This document shows positions 38,363-48,256 of a stretch of 48,256 bases of DNA, piece after piece (position 1 is the first letter of the stretch; the number at the start of each line of letters is the position of its first letter). Position numbers and translations under genes: made by a program. The DNA is taken from positions 1-48,256 of the forward strand of contig JABZJV010000001.1 in assembly GCA_015257605.1 (NCBI GenBank), read 5' to 3'. Below the pieces are notes generated by a model, which was given only the letters and a program-made list of their open reading frames with translations, had not been told where the DNA came from and ran no database searches. This DNA comes from Candidatus Nanosynbacter sp. GTDB lineage: Bacteria > Patescibacteriota > Saccharimonadia > Saccharimonadales > Saccharimonadaceae.

Positions 38363-38704
38363 TTACCGATTATCGCCGCTACCATGCAGCTGGCCGCGCT
38401 GCTGGCGACTGGCTAGCTTTTCGTTATTAAGCCGCGCTACCTCTTCCAAGCTAGAGCCGAGCAAATGCGCCGCCGAATTGACATACCACAATATGTCACC
38501 TAATTCTTTGATAATTTCTGCGCGATCATCGGCAGTTAGTTCGCCCCGCCTGTCGCGAATTAGCTTTTTGAACTTTTCCATCACCTCGCCCGACTCGCCA
38601 GCCAAACCTAGTATTTGCGCCATCAAATCAGCGCTGATATCGCCGTATGCGTGATCGCTCGTTAGCGTTGAAATAGCTTTTTGCGAATAATCTTGAAAAT
38701 TCAT
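38363..38704 (-). CDS. MazG-like NTP pyrophosphohydrolase
   Basis: LGLAGESGEV, KELGDILWY, N.EKLASR. Confidence 0.9.
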   Translation of the reverse strand: MNFQDYSQKAISTLTSDHAYGDISADLMAQILGLAGESGEVMEKFKKLIRDRRGELTADDRAEIIKELGDILWYVNSAAHLLGSSLEEVARLNNEKLASRQQRGQLHGSGDNR

Positions 38705-38771
38705 GTTCCCCTCCTATTTGTATGTATTATAACAGTAATTACTAGCCGCTAGCTATTTGGCGTGAACCTGA

Positions 38772-39083
38772 TTATTTGCTTTCGCGAGGGTTTGGGTTTG
38801 AACCATATCTATCTAAACATGTAGCCAGGTCTTCTACTTCTTGTCGAAATCCTGGATCTTGCTGGCACCTTTTAATATAATTGCCGACAGCTTTTCTTGC
38901 AACACAACCCAAGGTTTCGCGCCTTACCTTTGCAACCGTTGTAAACCTATCAAATAATTCTCCTGACATCTCTACGTCAACAGTACGCCATCCTTTACCC
39001 ACTGGTACTTCTGAACAATCTATCCCTTCTGCGGACTGCGACACGCCTGCACAATCGCAAGGTTTTCCTTCAATATTTGCCAT
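38772..39083 (-). CDS. Hypothetical protein, possible ribbon-helix-helix
   Basis: RTVDVEMSGELFDRF...ETLGCVARKAVGNYI pattern; AAGGAG SD. Confidence 0.55.
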   Translation of the reverse strand: MANIEGKPCDCAGVSQSAEGIDCSEVPVGKGWRTVDVEMSGELFDRFTTVAKVRRETLGCVARKAVGNYIKRCQQDPGFRQEVEDLATCLDRYGSNPNPRESK

Positions 39084-39191
39084 AACATTCTCCTTTCGTT
39101 ACCAGCAAATCATATCGTACCGCTGCTGCCGATTCCAGACAAAATGGTTGATATTTTATGACAATTTTATAATTTATGCTATATTACAGAT

Positions 39192-39935
39192 ATGGATTTT
39201 TCGATTATCGGCTTGTCTATTCGTGACAAACGCGTATATGAGGCGCTGCTGGCAATTCCTAATAGTTCGCTGCGAGCCATCGCAGAAACAACGAATATCA
39301 ACCGCGGCAGCGTCTATGAATCCATCAAAAGTCTGCGCGCAGCCGGACTTGTCAACAGCGTCACCCAAGGCAAGCAGCTGCGCTACCGCGCCGAAGATCC
39401 AGCTGTCTTGGCAGAAATTTTACGCGAGAAGCAGCAAGCTCTGCAGGTAACCGGCCAGCAGCTTGATCAATACATTGTCCGCCTGCGAACCGCAAACAAA
39501 ATCGCAGAAACCCGGCATATGGCGGCATTTTACGAAGGTGACGAAGGTTTGGCAAATATTTTGCGCGATATATTGAGTACTTGCCGCCTGCAAAAGGTTA
39601 ACCTGTACCGCGTAATTTCTTCGCCGCGTGTCAGCCGCTATCTATACAACAACTTTCCGAATTTTAGCCGCGAACGCGCCAAACGAAATCTACGAGTACG
39701 CGTCTTGCGCTACGCCAAGCCCCTGCGCATAACAACAGGCTTAGCGGACAGCCGCTACTTAGCCGGACCAAAACTAGATGACGGCTGTTACACAATATTG
39801 TATGCCAGTAAAATGGCTATTATTACTCTGGACAAATATAACTCTATGCACGGAGTAATTATCGACAACGCCAGCCTAGCCTCGGTGCAAACGCGCTTGT
39901 TTGACATTGCTTGGCAGGGTGCTAGCGAGGGCTAA
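39192..39935 (+). CDS. TrmB-family transcriptional regulator (wHTH)
   Basis: GLS...VYEALL...IAETTNINRGSVYESIKSL...GLV; FYEG.EG. Confidence 0.85.
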   Translation: MDFSIIGLSIRDKRVYEALLAIPNSSLRAIAETTNINRGSVYESIKSLRAAGLVNSVTQGKQLRYRAEDPAVLAEILREKQQALQVTGQQLDQYIVRLRTANKIAETRHMAAFYEGDEGLANILRDILSTCRLQKVNLYRVISSPRVSRYLYNNFPNFSRERAKRNLRVRVLRYAKPLRITTGLADSRYLAGPKLDDGCYTILYASKMAIITLDKYNSMHGVIIDNASLASVQTRLFDIAWQGASEG

Positions 39936-39964
39936 CCCGCTTCCACTGGTACGATAGCACAACA

Positions 39965-40627
39965 TCAACGCGTAGCCTCCACAAAATTAATCGCCTTGCC
40001 CTCGTTCAGCCATCGCTGCTCGTATGTCGTCATGATTTTGTACTCGTCGTCCAGAGATGATTCGTGCAGGTCAAAGCTCAGTTCTGTAATTTGCCATTTT
40101 TCTGCCACTAATTGTTCCAAACTCCAGCAGAAAAAGTCGCGGTCGTCATGCTTGAAAAGCAGCTCGCCGCCAGGCTGTAATAATTGCGCGTAACGGCGCA
40201 AAAAATACGGATGCGTCAACCGCCGCCCGGCAGCCCGCTTTTTCGGAAACGGATCAGGAAAAGTCACCCAAATATTTACTAACGTTGACAAAGCGAACAA
40301 ATCGCCAATTTGGTCGGCGCGCGCCCGGATAAAATAGATATTTTTTAAGCTTCGCTCTAACGCGATGTAAGCGCCTTTTTGCAAACGGTCAGCCTTAACG
40401 TCAATCGCCGCGAACAGCTTATCTGGATAACGCGCCGCCAATTCGACGCTAAACAAACCAGTACCAGCACCAATCTCTAAACCGAAAATCCCCGGCTGGC
40501 GCTGCTGGTAAAAATCGCGCCATTCGTCAAACTCAAAGCAGTTCTCGGCGTTATGAAACTTGGCAAATTTGTATTTTTTGCGCTTGCGAACAATAACAAA
40601 ATCGTCAGGGTTGAGCAGTTCGCTCAC
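39965..40627 (-). CDS. trmB: tRNA (guanine-N7)-methyltransferase
   Basis: LEIGAGTG, FPDPFPK, RRLT, FKHD, MTTYEQRW. Confidence 0.93.
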   Translation of the reverse strand: MSELLNPDDFVIVRKRKKYKFAKFHNAENCFEFDEWRDFYQQRQPGIFGLEIGAGTGLFSVELAARYPDKLFAAIDVKADRLQKGAYIALERSLKNIYFIRARADQIGDLFALSTLVNIWVTFPDPFPKKRAAGRRLTHPYFLRRYAQLLQPGGELLFKHDDRDFFCWSLEQLVAEKWQITELSFDLHESSLDDEYKIMTTYEQRWLNEGKAINFVEATR

Positions 40628-41037
40628 TAGTTTGAAGCCTCTCCGCTTGACGTTGTTCCCGATGAACGTTCATTAAAGACTTGAATTGAACTATCTGATA
40701 GCGCCTCGCCACCAAAACTGGTCGATGCAGCCGCACGTTTGGCGTGTTTATCGTACACATTTTTAAAATCTTTGATAGTTTTTTGATCAATCTCCCCTTG
40801 CGCCGAGAAACCTTTTTCAGTTTCTTCGCTAGCGCCAGCCTGCTTCTGCACAGAACTAAAACCTGGGCGGCTCAAATCGACTTGTGCTGCACCGCTAGTG
40901 TTATACATCTCTAAAGCTACCGCCACCATGACGAGCGATATTATAATTACACAGACCAGCATAGCCGCAAAGCCGCACCGCTGACAAATATGATCAGCCC
41001 GCTTTTTCAGGCGAGCACGAGCGTGAAGTCTAGTCAT
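40627..41037 (-). CDS. Single-TM hypothetical protein
   Basis: TM followed by SGAAQVDLSRPG; overlaps both neighbours. Confidence 0.75.
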   Translation of the reverse strand: MTRLHARARLKKRADHICQRCGFAAMLVCVIIISLVMVAVALEMYNTSGAAQVDLSRPGFSSVQKQAGASEETEKGFSAQGEIDQKTIKDFKNVYDKHAKRAAASTSFGGEALSDSSIQVFNERSSGTTSSGEASN

Positions 41038-41578
41038 TACTACCTCCTTGACTACTCAAACCCATTTTTGACAAATCTAATTTGTCGATTTGTGAGCTAT
41101 ATTGCTTAATTAGCTTTTCGAGTTCGACTACTGCTTTTCGTACATCACCGCGATAATAACGCGCTCGTTCAATATCCATATAAAAGTCTGCTGGCTTATC
41201 TTGGCAATCCGTCTGGGCTATATGCGACATTATCTGCTCGTAACGCTGATAAGAGCTGCGGAATTGTCCGATTTGATGGTCGAAATCGACGGTTGTTTTG
41301 GTTAAGTCGATGCCGTTGAGCTTATTGAGAGCAATACGGCTATTCATCGGCGCCATCAGTTTGGTAGAAATTGCATCATATTCGCGGCCGAGGTTGATGC
41401 GCACCAAAGCGTCGTTAGCACGAATACGCTCTAAAACAGTTTTAGTCGTCGCACAATTACTGCGCACCAAATTAAGCTGCCGCTCAGTCAATAGAGTCAT
41501 AGTTGGACCTTCAGCGCTAACCGTTGGAGCACAAGCGACATAGACTAACGCACACAATATAATAAGGCTTCTTTTCAT
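41030..41578 (-). CDS. Secreted helical hypothetical protein
   Basis: Signal peptide (..PTVSA), Cys pair, all-helical pattern. Confidence 0.75.
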   Translation of the reverse strand: MKRSLIILCALVYVACAPTVSAEGPTMTLLTERQLNLVRSNCATTKTVLERIRANDALVRINLGREYDAISTKLMAPMNSRIALNKLNGIDLTKTTVDFDHQIGQFRSSYQRYEQIMSHIAQTDCQDKPADFYMDIERARYYRGDVRKAVVELEKLIKQYSSQIDKLDLSKMGLSSQGGSND

Positions 41579-41671
41579 TACGTATTATTATGGCGAAATA
41601 TTCCCAGACGGTCAAGTCTACGTGTTAGGCTGCTAATTTATAACCTGCAAGTCACTTGCACCAGCCTGGCA

Positions 41672-42292
41672 CTAATTTACATCTTTGATACTAAAACCAA
41701 ATTTACTGGCGACAAGCGCAATATCCAGTTTGCCAAACTCGTCTGCTAGCGCCTGAAATTTAGCTTGTTTGTCGCTGCCAAATTTTTGCACCAGATTATA
41801 ATACCATTCAAACGTGCAAAAATATGGCGGCTCTTTGAGTGGTTTGCTTTTGGAATGGAGTTTGTCGGCGTACATTAGCAGCCGCTCCTCAGGCGTGCTA
41901 GCGGTATAGTCGGCTGGCGGAATGGATAAGTTTTGGTCAATTACGTCCTGCTTGGTCAAGCCTACACCAGTATGGTGTGAAGCAAACCGCCAAATTTATT
42001 CGGGAAAACCTTCATTTCGCAGAATCTTTTCACCAATCACGCCGTGGCGAACGCCGTCGACAAATTTGCCGTTTTCCAGAACATCATACGCACCGATATC
42101 ATGAAGCATGCAGGCAACATGCAGCAAATCACGGTCTATCTGCGAGTTTGGCTTAGCATCTAAAAGCTGCGCCGCAATCGCGTCAACCACTTGGCAATGA
42201 GTGTAAATCAGCGCAAAATCAGCATCAGTTTTGGCGTATTTTTTGTGCAAGTTTTTGATTTGAGCTTCGGTTGGTAGTTTTGTTTTACTCAT
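41672..42292 (-). pseudogene. HD-domain phosphohydrolase interrupted by an in-frame TAA (41996-41998)
   Basis: HCQVV...LHDIG...HG...GFPE*IWRFASHHTGVGL...YADK, all in one frame. Confidence 0.85.
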
Positions 42293-42313
42293 ATACTTAT
42301 TTCGCAGACCAGT

Positions 42314-42853
42314 CTATTTATCAAATTTTAATTCCGCAAGTTTCTCGATGTCTATACCGATATTCCGGTATAAATCAGAAGTGCTTTTCGTTATCAAATC
42401 GCTCTCAGTAAAGCCAAGCAGCGCTGCCGTTTTTACCACTTCCGCTACGCTGTTAGCTTCTATTTCGACATATGGCTTTAATTTCGGCCAGCGGTCAATG
42501 ACAACCTGAACGCCACCGAGGTCGTATTCTTGGCGTTTGTTTTCTTGATAACCGCGCGGTTTGATGCCGATTTTTGCTAATATTTCCAGTGTCGTTTCCA
42601 TATCAGACACTTCAACTTCCCACTCATGAGTGCCATCAATAGTGTCGGCAGTTATTTCTTTGACGGTCAAAGTCGCCTGTTTCCCATCAGAGCGCAACCG
42701 CACCCAGCGATCTGGCTTAGCTGGAATCGTATCAAATACGTAACGACAAAAATTGTAATTACCGACTTCCTTAGCACCGAGATTTGTCAACTTTTCTATG
42801 ATATCAGCGGGATCGACATCATATATTTTTGCTTCATATTCTATGTTTGACAT
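42314..42853 (-). CDS. CYTH-domain protein (class IV adenylate cyclase-like)
   Basis: EYEAK, WVRLR, LTVK, EWEVEV, QENKRQEY, YVEIE. Confidence 0.88.
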   Translation of the reverse strand: MSNIEYEAKIYDVDPADIIEKLTNLGAKEVGNYNFCRYVFDTIPAKPDRWVRLRSDGKQATLTVKEITADTIDGTHEWEVEVSDMETTLEILAKIGIKPRGYQENKRQEYDLGGVQVVIDRWPKLKPYVEIEANSVAEVVKTAALLGFTESDLITKSTSDLYRNIGIDIEKLAELKFDK

Positions 42854-42863
42854 GAAAATCCTT

Positions 42864-44213
42864 TCATACTTTTATATCGCCGTCTAAACTAACATAGTTC
42901 TTAGCGCCGCTGCGGTACATGGCGGAAGGTTTATTTTTGGCGTCAAACTCATATTTCATCAGTTCGCCAAAATAGCTAAAATGATTACCCTTCGCAATTT
43001 TTAAGGTGGCGTCATCGACTATTTCCAGCTCTTCAGCCATGTTGAATGGCTGCCAGTCGTTTGACCATAAACCTCTGAGACCTTTCTCGGTATCAACGAC
43101 TTCGTACACGCCATAATTATTGACAAACCGCGCTTCAAATTTTTGACGGTTCTTATCATAAATATTGCCAAACTGATCAATAATCTCTAAGATTGAGTTC
43201 GCAACTATTCCTGGCGCCGTATCATACGCGTTCGCCAACACTGAAACAGTTATTCCGTCATCTATCCGCGACCAGGTGCGGCCGATAAATCCTGGATAAC
43301 CGCCGCTATGACCGACGAGCCGCTTACCGTCTTTAGCTTTTGCAACATCAATGCCTAATCCGTAACTTCCTGCGTTTGCTTCGTCGGCAACTTGCCATGA
43401 TGGGCGCTGCATTTCCCGTTTGGAGATGTCACTCAACAATTTGCCTGAGCCGACTTGCAGAGCAGCAAAGAATTTCGCCAAGTCATGCGCCGTTGAGCAA
43501 AATCCCGTGGCTGGCTGCAATACGCCAGTTGTAACGTGTTGAAAGGGTCGACGCTGCTGATACAAATCAAACCTACTGTAGCCAGTAGCCATACGAAGTT
43601 CTGGCGAATATTCCGTGGTGGTTTGTGTTAAGTTAAGCGGCGTGATGATGTTTTCCGCCACAAAATCAGCATACGACTTACCGCTGACTCGTTCAATAAC
43701 CAACCCCAGCAAGCCAAAACCAAAATTGGAATACTTGAATTCGGAATTTGGCTCGAATACTAGCTCCGATTGCATGATTTGCTGCTTGAACTCGTCTTCA
43801 TCTGGAAATTCTCCTTGGAACTGCCAAAAGCCTGACGCCTGACCGTCGCGAATTACACCTGCTGAGTGACTCAATAATTGACGCAAGGTCACATCGCGCC
43901 AACGCTGGTCGCTGTGCTGCGCCAGCCACGGTAGATGTGTCGTAACTGAATCATCAATGCGCAACTTGCCGCGCTCCTGCAGCTGCATCACGGCCGTGGC
44001 AGTAAATGTTTTTGATTGCGAAGCAACGTGAAAGAGATGGTTGGTTGTTAATTTCTCATTATTTTCTATATTTGCCAGACCGTAGACTTTATGAAAAACC
44101 ACCTCGCCGTCTTTGGCTATCGCCACCGTAAATCCCGGCCAGCGCGCCCACCGGCTGCGCAGCGTTAGCCATGAGTCAATGAATTTCAGAGTTCGTTTGG
44201 GAATTGATTTCAT
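42864..44213 (-). CDS. Serine hydrolase, beta-lactamase class C / D-aminopeptidase-like
   Basis: SQSK (SxxK), LLSHSAG, YSN, HSG; no signal peptide; GGAGG SD. Confidence 0.88.
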   Translation of the reverse strand: MKSIPKRTLKFIDSWLTLRSRWARWPGFTVAIAKDGEVVFHKVYGLANIENNEKLTTNHLFHVASQSKTFTATAVMQLQERGKLRIDDSVTTHLPWLAQHSDQRWRDVTLRQLLSHSAGVIRDGQASGFWQFQGEFPDEDEFKQQIMQSELVFEPNSEFKYSNFGFGLLGLVIERVSGKSYADFVAENIITPLNLTQTTTEYSPELRMATGYSRFDLYQQRRPFQHVTTGVLQPATGFCSTAHDLAKFFAALQVGSGKLLSDISKREMQRPSWQVADEANAGSYGLGIDVAKAKDGKRLVGHSGGYPGFIGRTWSRIDDGITVSVLANAYDTAPGIVANSILEIIDQFGNIYDKNRQKFEARFVNNYGVYEVVDTEKGLRGLWSNDWQPFNMAEELEIVDDATLKIAKGNHFSYFGELMKYEFDAKNKPSAMYRSGAKNYVSLDGDIKV

Positions 44214-44245
44214 AGCTTATTTACACCTCCTCAGATATACATTCC

Positions 44246-44665
44246 TTATGGCCACCACTTCAGCACAAAATCCCGGTAGCCTGGCGCAATTTTGTCAGTA
44301 GCTTCGACTTCTGTTCGCGTCAGCCAAACTATACGTTCCTCGCCGCCATCACACGCCCGGTCTGGCAGTTCAACGTTACTGTCAACTGTAGCCGTATAGC
44401 CAAGAATAATTTTATGATCTTTGACGGCACTACCTCGCGGATAGCGCATATAGAAATCAGCTGGCGTCGCATCAATTGTGATACCCAGCTCCTCGCGCAG
44501 CTCCCGCTCTAATGCCACGTCAGGCGTTTCGCCGGCATCAATATGCCCGCCCGGCAGGCCAAAACCATCATCGTGCGGATAATACATCAGTAGCACACGC
44601 TTGCCGTCGCTGCTATACAGCGCTACTTTTACGCTAACTTCGTGTCGATCGTACATTGCACTCAT
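44246..44665 (-). CDS. NUDIX hydrolase
   Basis: GGHIDAGETPDVALERELREELGI Nudix box; ATGA overlap with aspS. Confidence 0.92.
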   Translation of the reverse strand: MSAMYDRHEVSVKVALYSSDGKRVLLMYYPHDDGFGLPGGHIDAGETPDVALERELREELGITIDATPADFYMRYPRGSAVKDHKIILGYTATVDSNVELPDRACDGGEERIVWLTRTEVEATDKIAPGYRDFVLKWWP

Positions 44666-46437
44666 AGCCCCAATTCCTTTAGCTGCGCTGGATCAACCAT
44701 TGACGGCGAGTCCATCATCACATCGACACCCGAACCGTTCTTTGGAAAGGCCAAGGTCTCGCGGACATTAGTTTCGTCAATGAGTTCCATGAGGATACGA
44801 TCAACGCCAAAGGCACAGCCAGCGTGCGGCGGTGCACCGTATTTGAAGGCGTTTAGCATGGCGCCAAACTTTTCCTCGACGTAGCTTTCACTAAAGCCAA
44901 GTAGGTCAAACACTTTGTATAGCACCGCTGGGCTGTGGTTGCGCACGCCACCGGAGCAGATTTCGTAGCCGTTCATCACCATGTCGAATTGGTCGGCGAC
45001 AATTGCCAATTTATCAGCATCAGTGGCAGCAGCTTCCAAGGCTTGCAAACCGCCTTTTGGCATACTAAATGGATTGTGGCCAAAGTCAAGCTTCTTGCCG
45101 CGGTCATCCCACTCGTAGAATGGAAAGTCGATAATCCAAGCCAAGGCTACCTCATCCGATTTTTTCAGGTTGAAGTGAGCAGCAAATTCGTTTCGCAGAC
45201 GACCAAGCACAGCGTTGACGACTGGGCGAGTGTCGGCGCCAAAAAAGACTGCGTCGCCATCAACTGCGCCAGTTTTTTGCTTAATCGCCGTAAGCTCTGT
45301 TTCGCTCAAGAATTTGGCAATTGGCGATTTCGCTTCACTGTCTTGATAGGTGATATACGCTAAACCGCCTGCCCCCTCACTTTTGGCAATGTCAGTAAAC
45401 TGGTCGATTTGCTTGCGGCTCAAACTAGCGCCATTTTTCACGCAAATCGCCTTGATACACTCAGCGTTTTTGAACACGCCAAATTCGGTGTTGGCGAATA
45501 CATCAGTCAGATCAATCAGCTCCATGCCAAAACGCAAGTCCGGCTTGTCCGAGCCATATGTCTCCATGGCGTCGCGGTAGGAAATGCGCGGAATTGGCTG
45601 GCCGTCACCGACCGCGAGACCACTCAAATCCAGCAATTTCTTGCCCGCAAACTCAGTCGCCAGCTGCCGCATCAGCGGCTCAACTTCCTGGCGGACTTCC
45701 TCGCCGTCTTCCACAAAGCTCATCTCCAAATCCAGCTGATAAAACTCGCCGTACAGTCGATCAGCCCGCGGATCTTCATCGCGGAAGCAGGCTGCCAGCT
45801 GGTAATACCGCGGCACGCCGCCAACCATCAGCAGCTGTTTGAACTGCTGCGGTGCTTGCGGCAGGGCGTAAAACTTGCCCTCTTGTAGACGGCTCGGGAT
45901 CAGAAAATCGCGCGCGCCCTCGGGGCTAGAATTTGCCAAAATCGGCGTCTGAATCTCGATGAAATCGTGGTCATCCATGTACTGATGCATACGCTGGTAC
46001 ATTTCGGCACGTTTTTTCAGCATGTCCTGCATCTTCGGACGGCGCAGGTCAAGGTAACGATACTTAAAACGCAAGTCCTCGCCCGCCTGGTTTTCCTCGG
46101 CAAAGGGCTGGATTGGCAAGGTCTCAGCACGATTAAATAGCGTCAACTTCTCTACCACCAGTTCAACTGCGCCAGTCGGAATTTTATCGTTTTTTAGTCC
46201 AGCCGCGCGTTCGCACACCATGCCTTCGGCGCGAATGACAAATTCGTCGCGCAGCTCATCAGCAAGTGAAAATGCTTCCGGATTATCAGAATTAAAAACT
46301 AGCTGCAACAAACCGGTGTGGTCGCGCAAATCCACAAAAATTAACCCGCCGTGATCGCGGCGCGAGTGTACCCAGCCGCTAACTGAAATTTTTTCGCCGG
46401 CAAGTTGCGCCGCCTGTGTATTAAAAGTTCGCTTCAT
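44662..46437 (-). CDS. aspS: Aspartate-tRNA ligase (His in RRDHGG suggests the non-discriminating type)
   Basis: GWVHSRRDHGG, RYLDLRR, PEGARDF, LPQAPQQFKQLLM, CFRDED, GAPPHAG; start ATG 46437. Confidence 0.97.
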   Translation of the reverse strand: MKRTFNTQAAQLAGEKISVSGWVHSRRDHGGLIFVDLRDHTGLLQLVFNSDNPEAFSLADELRDEFVIRAEGMVCERAAGLKNDKIPTGAVELVVEKLTLFNRAETLPIQPFAEENQAGEDLRFKYRYLDLRRPKMQDMLKKRAEMYQRMHQYMDDHDFIEIQTPILANSSPEGARDFLIPSRLQEGKFYALPQAPQQFKQLLMVGGVPRYYQLAACFRDEDPRADRLYGEFYQLDLEMSFVEDGEEVRQEVEPLMRQLATEFAGKKLLDLSGLAVGDGQPIPRISYRDAMETYGSDKPDLRFGMELIDLTDVFANTEFGVFKNAECIKAICVKNGASLSRKQIDQFTDIAKSEGAGGLAYITYQDSEAKSPIAKFLSETELTAIKQKTGAVDGDAVFFGADTRPVVNAVLGRLRNEFAAHFNLKKSDEVALAWIIDFPFYEWDDRGKKLDFGHNPFSMPKGGLQALEAAATDADKLAIVADQFDMVMNGYEICSGGVRNHSPAVLYKVFDLLGFSESYVEEKFGAMLNAFKYGAPPHAGCAFGVDRILMELIDETNVRETLAFPKNGSGVDVMMDSPSMVDPAQLKELGL

Positions 46438-46533
46438 ATCTCTGTTATTATACTCGATTTGACCATCCTTTACCAATCTGCGCTGCATTGATAGCTTTTC
46501 TAAATAAAATGCGCTACAATTAGCATAAGAATT

Positions 46534-48256
46534 ATGAGGATCCTAAATAATACTCTGGTTAAGATTCTGACGCGTAATAATATTGCGACCGAAGAAACTC
46601 TCAAACCGCTAATGGAAGAGGCGGAGCGTTCTTCGCGGCCGCTGCAAGATATTGTATTAGATTCAAAGCTTGTATCTGAAACCGACTTGACAAAGCTTTT
46701 CGCGCAATACGCCGATATACCTTACATTGAGGTCGATCCACGTAATATTCCGAGCGAGGTACTGAACCGTATCCCAGAGCGTATCGCCCGTCAATACAAT
46801 GCAGTGATTTTTCAAGTCGACGAAGACGGCACCATGCACTTGGCGATGGATGATCCAGATGATGTGCTGGCTACTAATTTTATCGAGAAAGAAATCGGCA
46901 GCAATACTAAAATTTATATCGCACCGCATTCTAATATCTTGCAATGTTTAGAAAATTATCGCGGCGATGTCAATCAAGAGCTCAATGAAGTCATTGACGT
47001 GCAGCGCGAAGATGACGGCTCGGATCAGAAAATCTCCGAAGCTGATGTTGCCGAGGATTCGCCAATCGCCCAAACCGTTAATTTGCTGCTAGAATATGCT
47101 ATTCGTTCTCAGGCCTCAGATATTCACATCGAGCCGCGTGAGAATTTCGTGCAAGTACGCTACCGCATCGACGGCGTCCTCAAAGAAGTCAATCAATTAC
47201 CGCGCAACGTGCTAAATGCACTGGTCAGCCGCATTAAGATTCTATCCAACCTCAAGATTGACGAGCGTCGCGTGCCACAAGACGGCCGCTTCAAAATCAA
47301 AGTTGCTGGCAAACAATACGCCTTACGCGTTAGCACCCTGCCAATTACCGACGGCGAGAAAGTCGTCATGCGAATTCTCGACGAATCCAACCAAGCAATT
47401 ACGCTACAGCAGCTTGGTTATTGGGGCAGATCGCTATCCATCATAAATAACGCTATTGCCGAACCAAACGGCATGATTCTAGTAACCGGACCAACTGGTA
47501 GCGGCAAGTCTACTTCCTTATTTTCAGTACTATCTATACTAAACACGCCGGAGGTTAATATCTCAACTATCGAGGATCCAGTCGAATACAAAATCCCCGG
47601 CGTCAACCAAACCCAAACCAACGCCAAGGCGGGAATGACTTTCGCCTCGGGGTTGCGAGCACTGCTGCGCCAAGATCCGAACATCATCATGGTCGGTGAG
47701 ATCCGCGACGGCGAGACAGCCAACCTAGGCGTACAGGCAGCGCTGACTGGGCACTTGGTATTTTCAACCTTGCACACCAACAATGCGGCGACTTGTCTAC
47801 CACGTTTATTGGATATGGGTATCGAGCCATTTTTGATCGCTTCTACAGTCAAAGCAGTCGTTGGGCAGCGCTTAGTACGACGACTGTGCATGAACTGCCG
47901 CGAACAATACGTACCGACGCCAGACGAAATCAACGAAATAGTCTCGCTGTTCAATCTGCGTCCAGACCAAACGTTTGCACATATCCATGATCTAGAATTA
48001 CAAGCCATTGAGCAAAAAGTTGGCGGCGACACACCAGCTGGCACCGACGAAACTACTATTCGCACCCTCTGGAGAGCGCACCCAGGTGGCTGCGACGAGT
48101 GCGGACACGTCGGCTTCAAGGGACGCGTCGGTATTTACGAAGTGTTGGGCATGTCGCGTGAAATTCAAAAAATGATAACTTCCGACGCCACTAGCAACCA
48201 GATTCAAGATCAAGCAATCAAGGAGGGAATGATTACAATGCAATCTGATGGATTAG
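46534..48256 (+). CDS. pilB: Type IV pilus assembly ATPase PilB/GspE, runs off the window edge
   Basis: Manual translation from ATG 46534: ASDIHIEP, VRYRIDG, RVPQDGR, VTGPTGSGKST, IEDPVEY, LRQDPNIIMVGEIRD, TGHLVFSTLHTN, two CxxC. Confidence 0.93.
   Translation, partial: MRILNNTLVKILTRNNIATEETLKPLMEEAERSSRPLQDIVLDSKLVSETDLTKLFAQYADIPYIEVDPRNIPSEVLNRIPERIARQYNAVIFQVDEDGTMHLAMDDPDDVLATNFIEKEIGSNTKIYIAPHSNILQCLENYRGDVNQELNEVIDVQREDDGSDQKISEADVAEDSPIAQTVNLLLEYAIRSQASDIHIEPRENFVQVRYRIDGVLKEVNQLPRNVLNALVSRIKILSNLKIDERRVPQDGRFKIKVAGKQYALRVSTLPITDGEKVVMRILDESNQAITLQQLGYWGRSLSIINNAIAEPNGMILVTGPTGSGKSTSLFSVLSILNTPEVNISTIEDPVEYKIPGVNQTQTNAKAGMTFASGLRALLRQDPNIIMVGEIRDGETANLGVQAALTGHLVFSTLHTNNAATCLPRLLDMGIEPFLIASTVKAVVGQRLVRRLCMNCREQYVPTPDEINEIVSLFNLRPDQTFAHIHDLELQAIEQKVGGDTPAGTDETTIRTLWRAHPGGCDECGHVGFKGRVGIYEVLGMSREIQKMITSDATSNQIQDQAIKEGMITMQSDGL

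Noticed and set aside
1787..41998. Genome-wide stop-codon reassignment to explain the in-frame stops
   Set aside because: Core genes end at expected positions with TAA (grpE, ftsH), TAG (hrcA, gmk, murJ) and TGA (aspS, trmB); no suppressor tRNA in the window
46663..48243. Minus-strand ORFs listed in the track, including 47418..48119
   Set aside because: Antisense shadows of the plus-strand pilB frame, which the track omits because it runs off the window
1..48256. Impression that CTAG/GCTAGC is unusually frequent
   Set aside because: Cannot be quantified by eye; needs tetranucleotide odds-ratio computation

Overview
Bacterial chromosomal window in genetic code 11. Compact HrcA/TilS, a type IV pilus ATPase and the style of the hypothetical genes suggest Patescibacteria, most likely Saccharibacteria/TM7 (inference). 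Core genes are lemA, grpE, hrcA with a perfect CIRCE, gmk, murJ, ftsH, tilS, a Y-family polymerase, an FtsB-like protein, murC, trmB, aspS, a partial pilB and three CAT-anticodon tRNAs. Highlights: (1) A ~7.2 kb integrative element at the 3' end of tRNA-fMet (12-bp direct repeat TTTCTTGGTAGC). It carries an IetA/IetS-type ATPase + S8 protease module, a predicted multi-branch ncRNA, an array of seven hairpins with co-varying stems and a near-invariant ACGAAGCA loop, and a large serine recombinase whose C-terminus would be swapped on excision. (2) lepA/EF4 is cleanly split into two intact genes 6.3 kb apart with accessory cargo between them, and the N-terminal half carries an in-frame coding palindrome. 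(3) Four accessory genes are each interrupted by one in-frame TAA/TAG. (4) A disulfide-reductase-family flavoprotein lacks both redox cysteines. (5) A 1710-aa multidomain surface protein. All calls come from reading motifs by eye; no searches were run.
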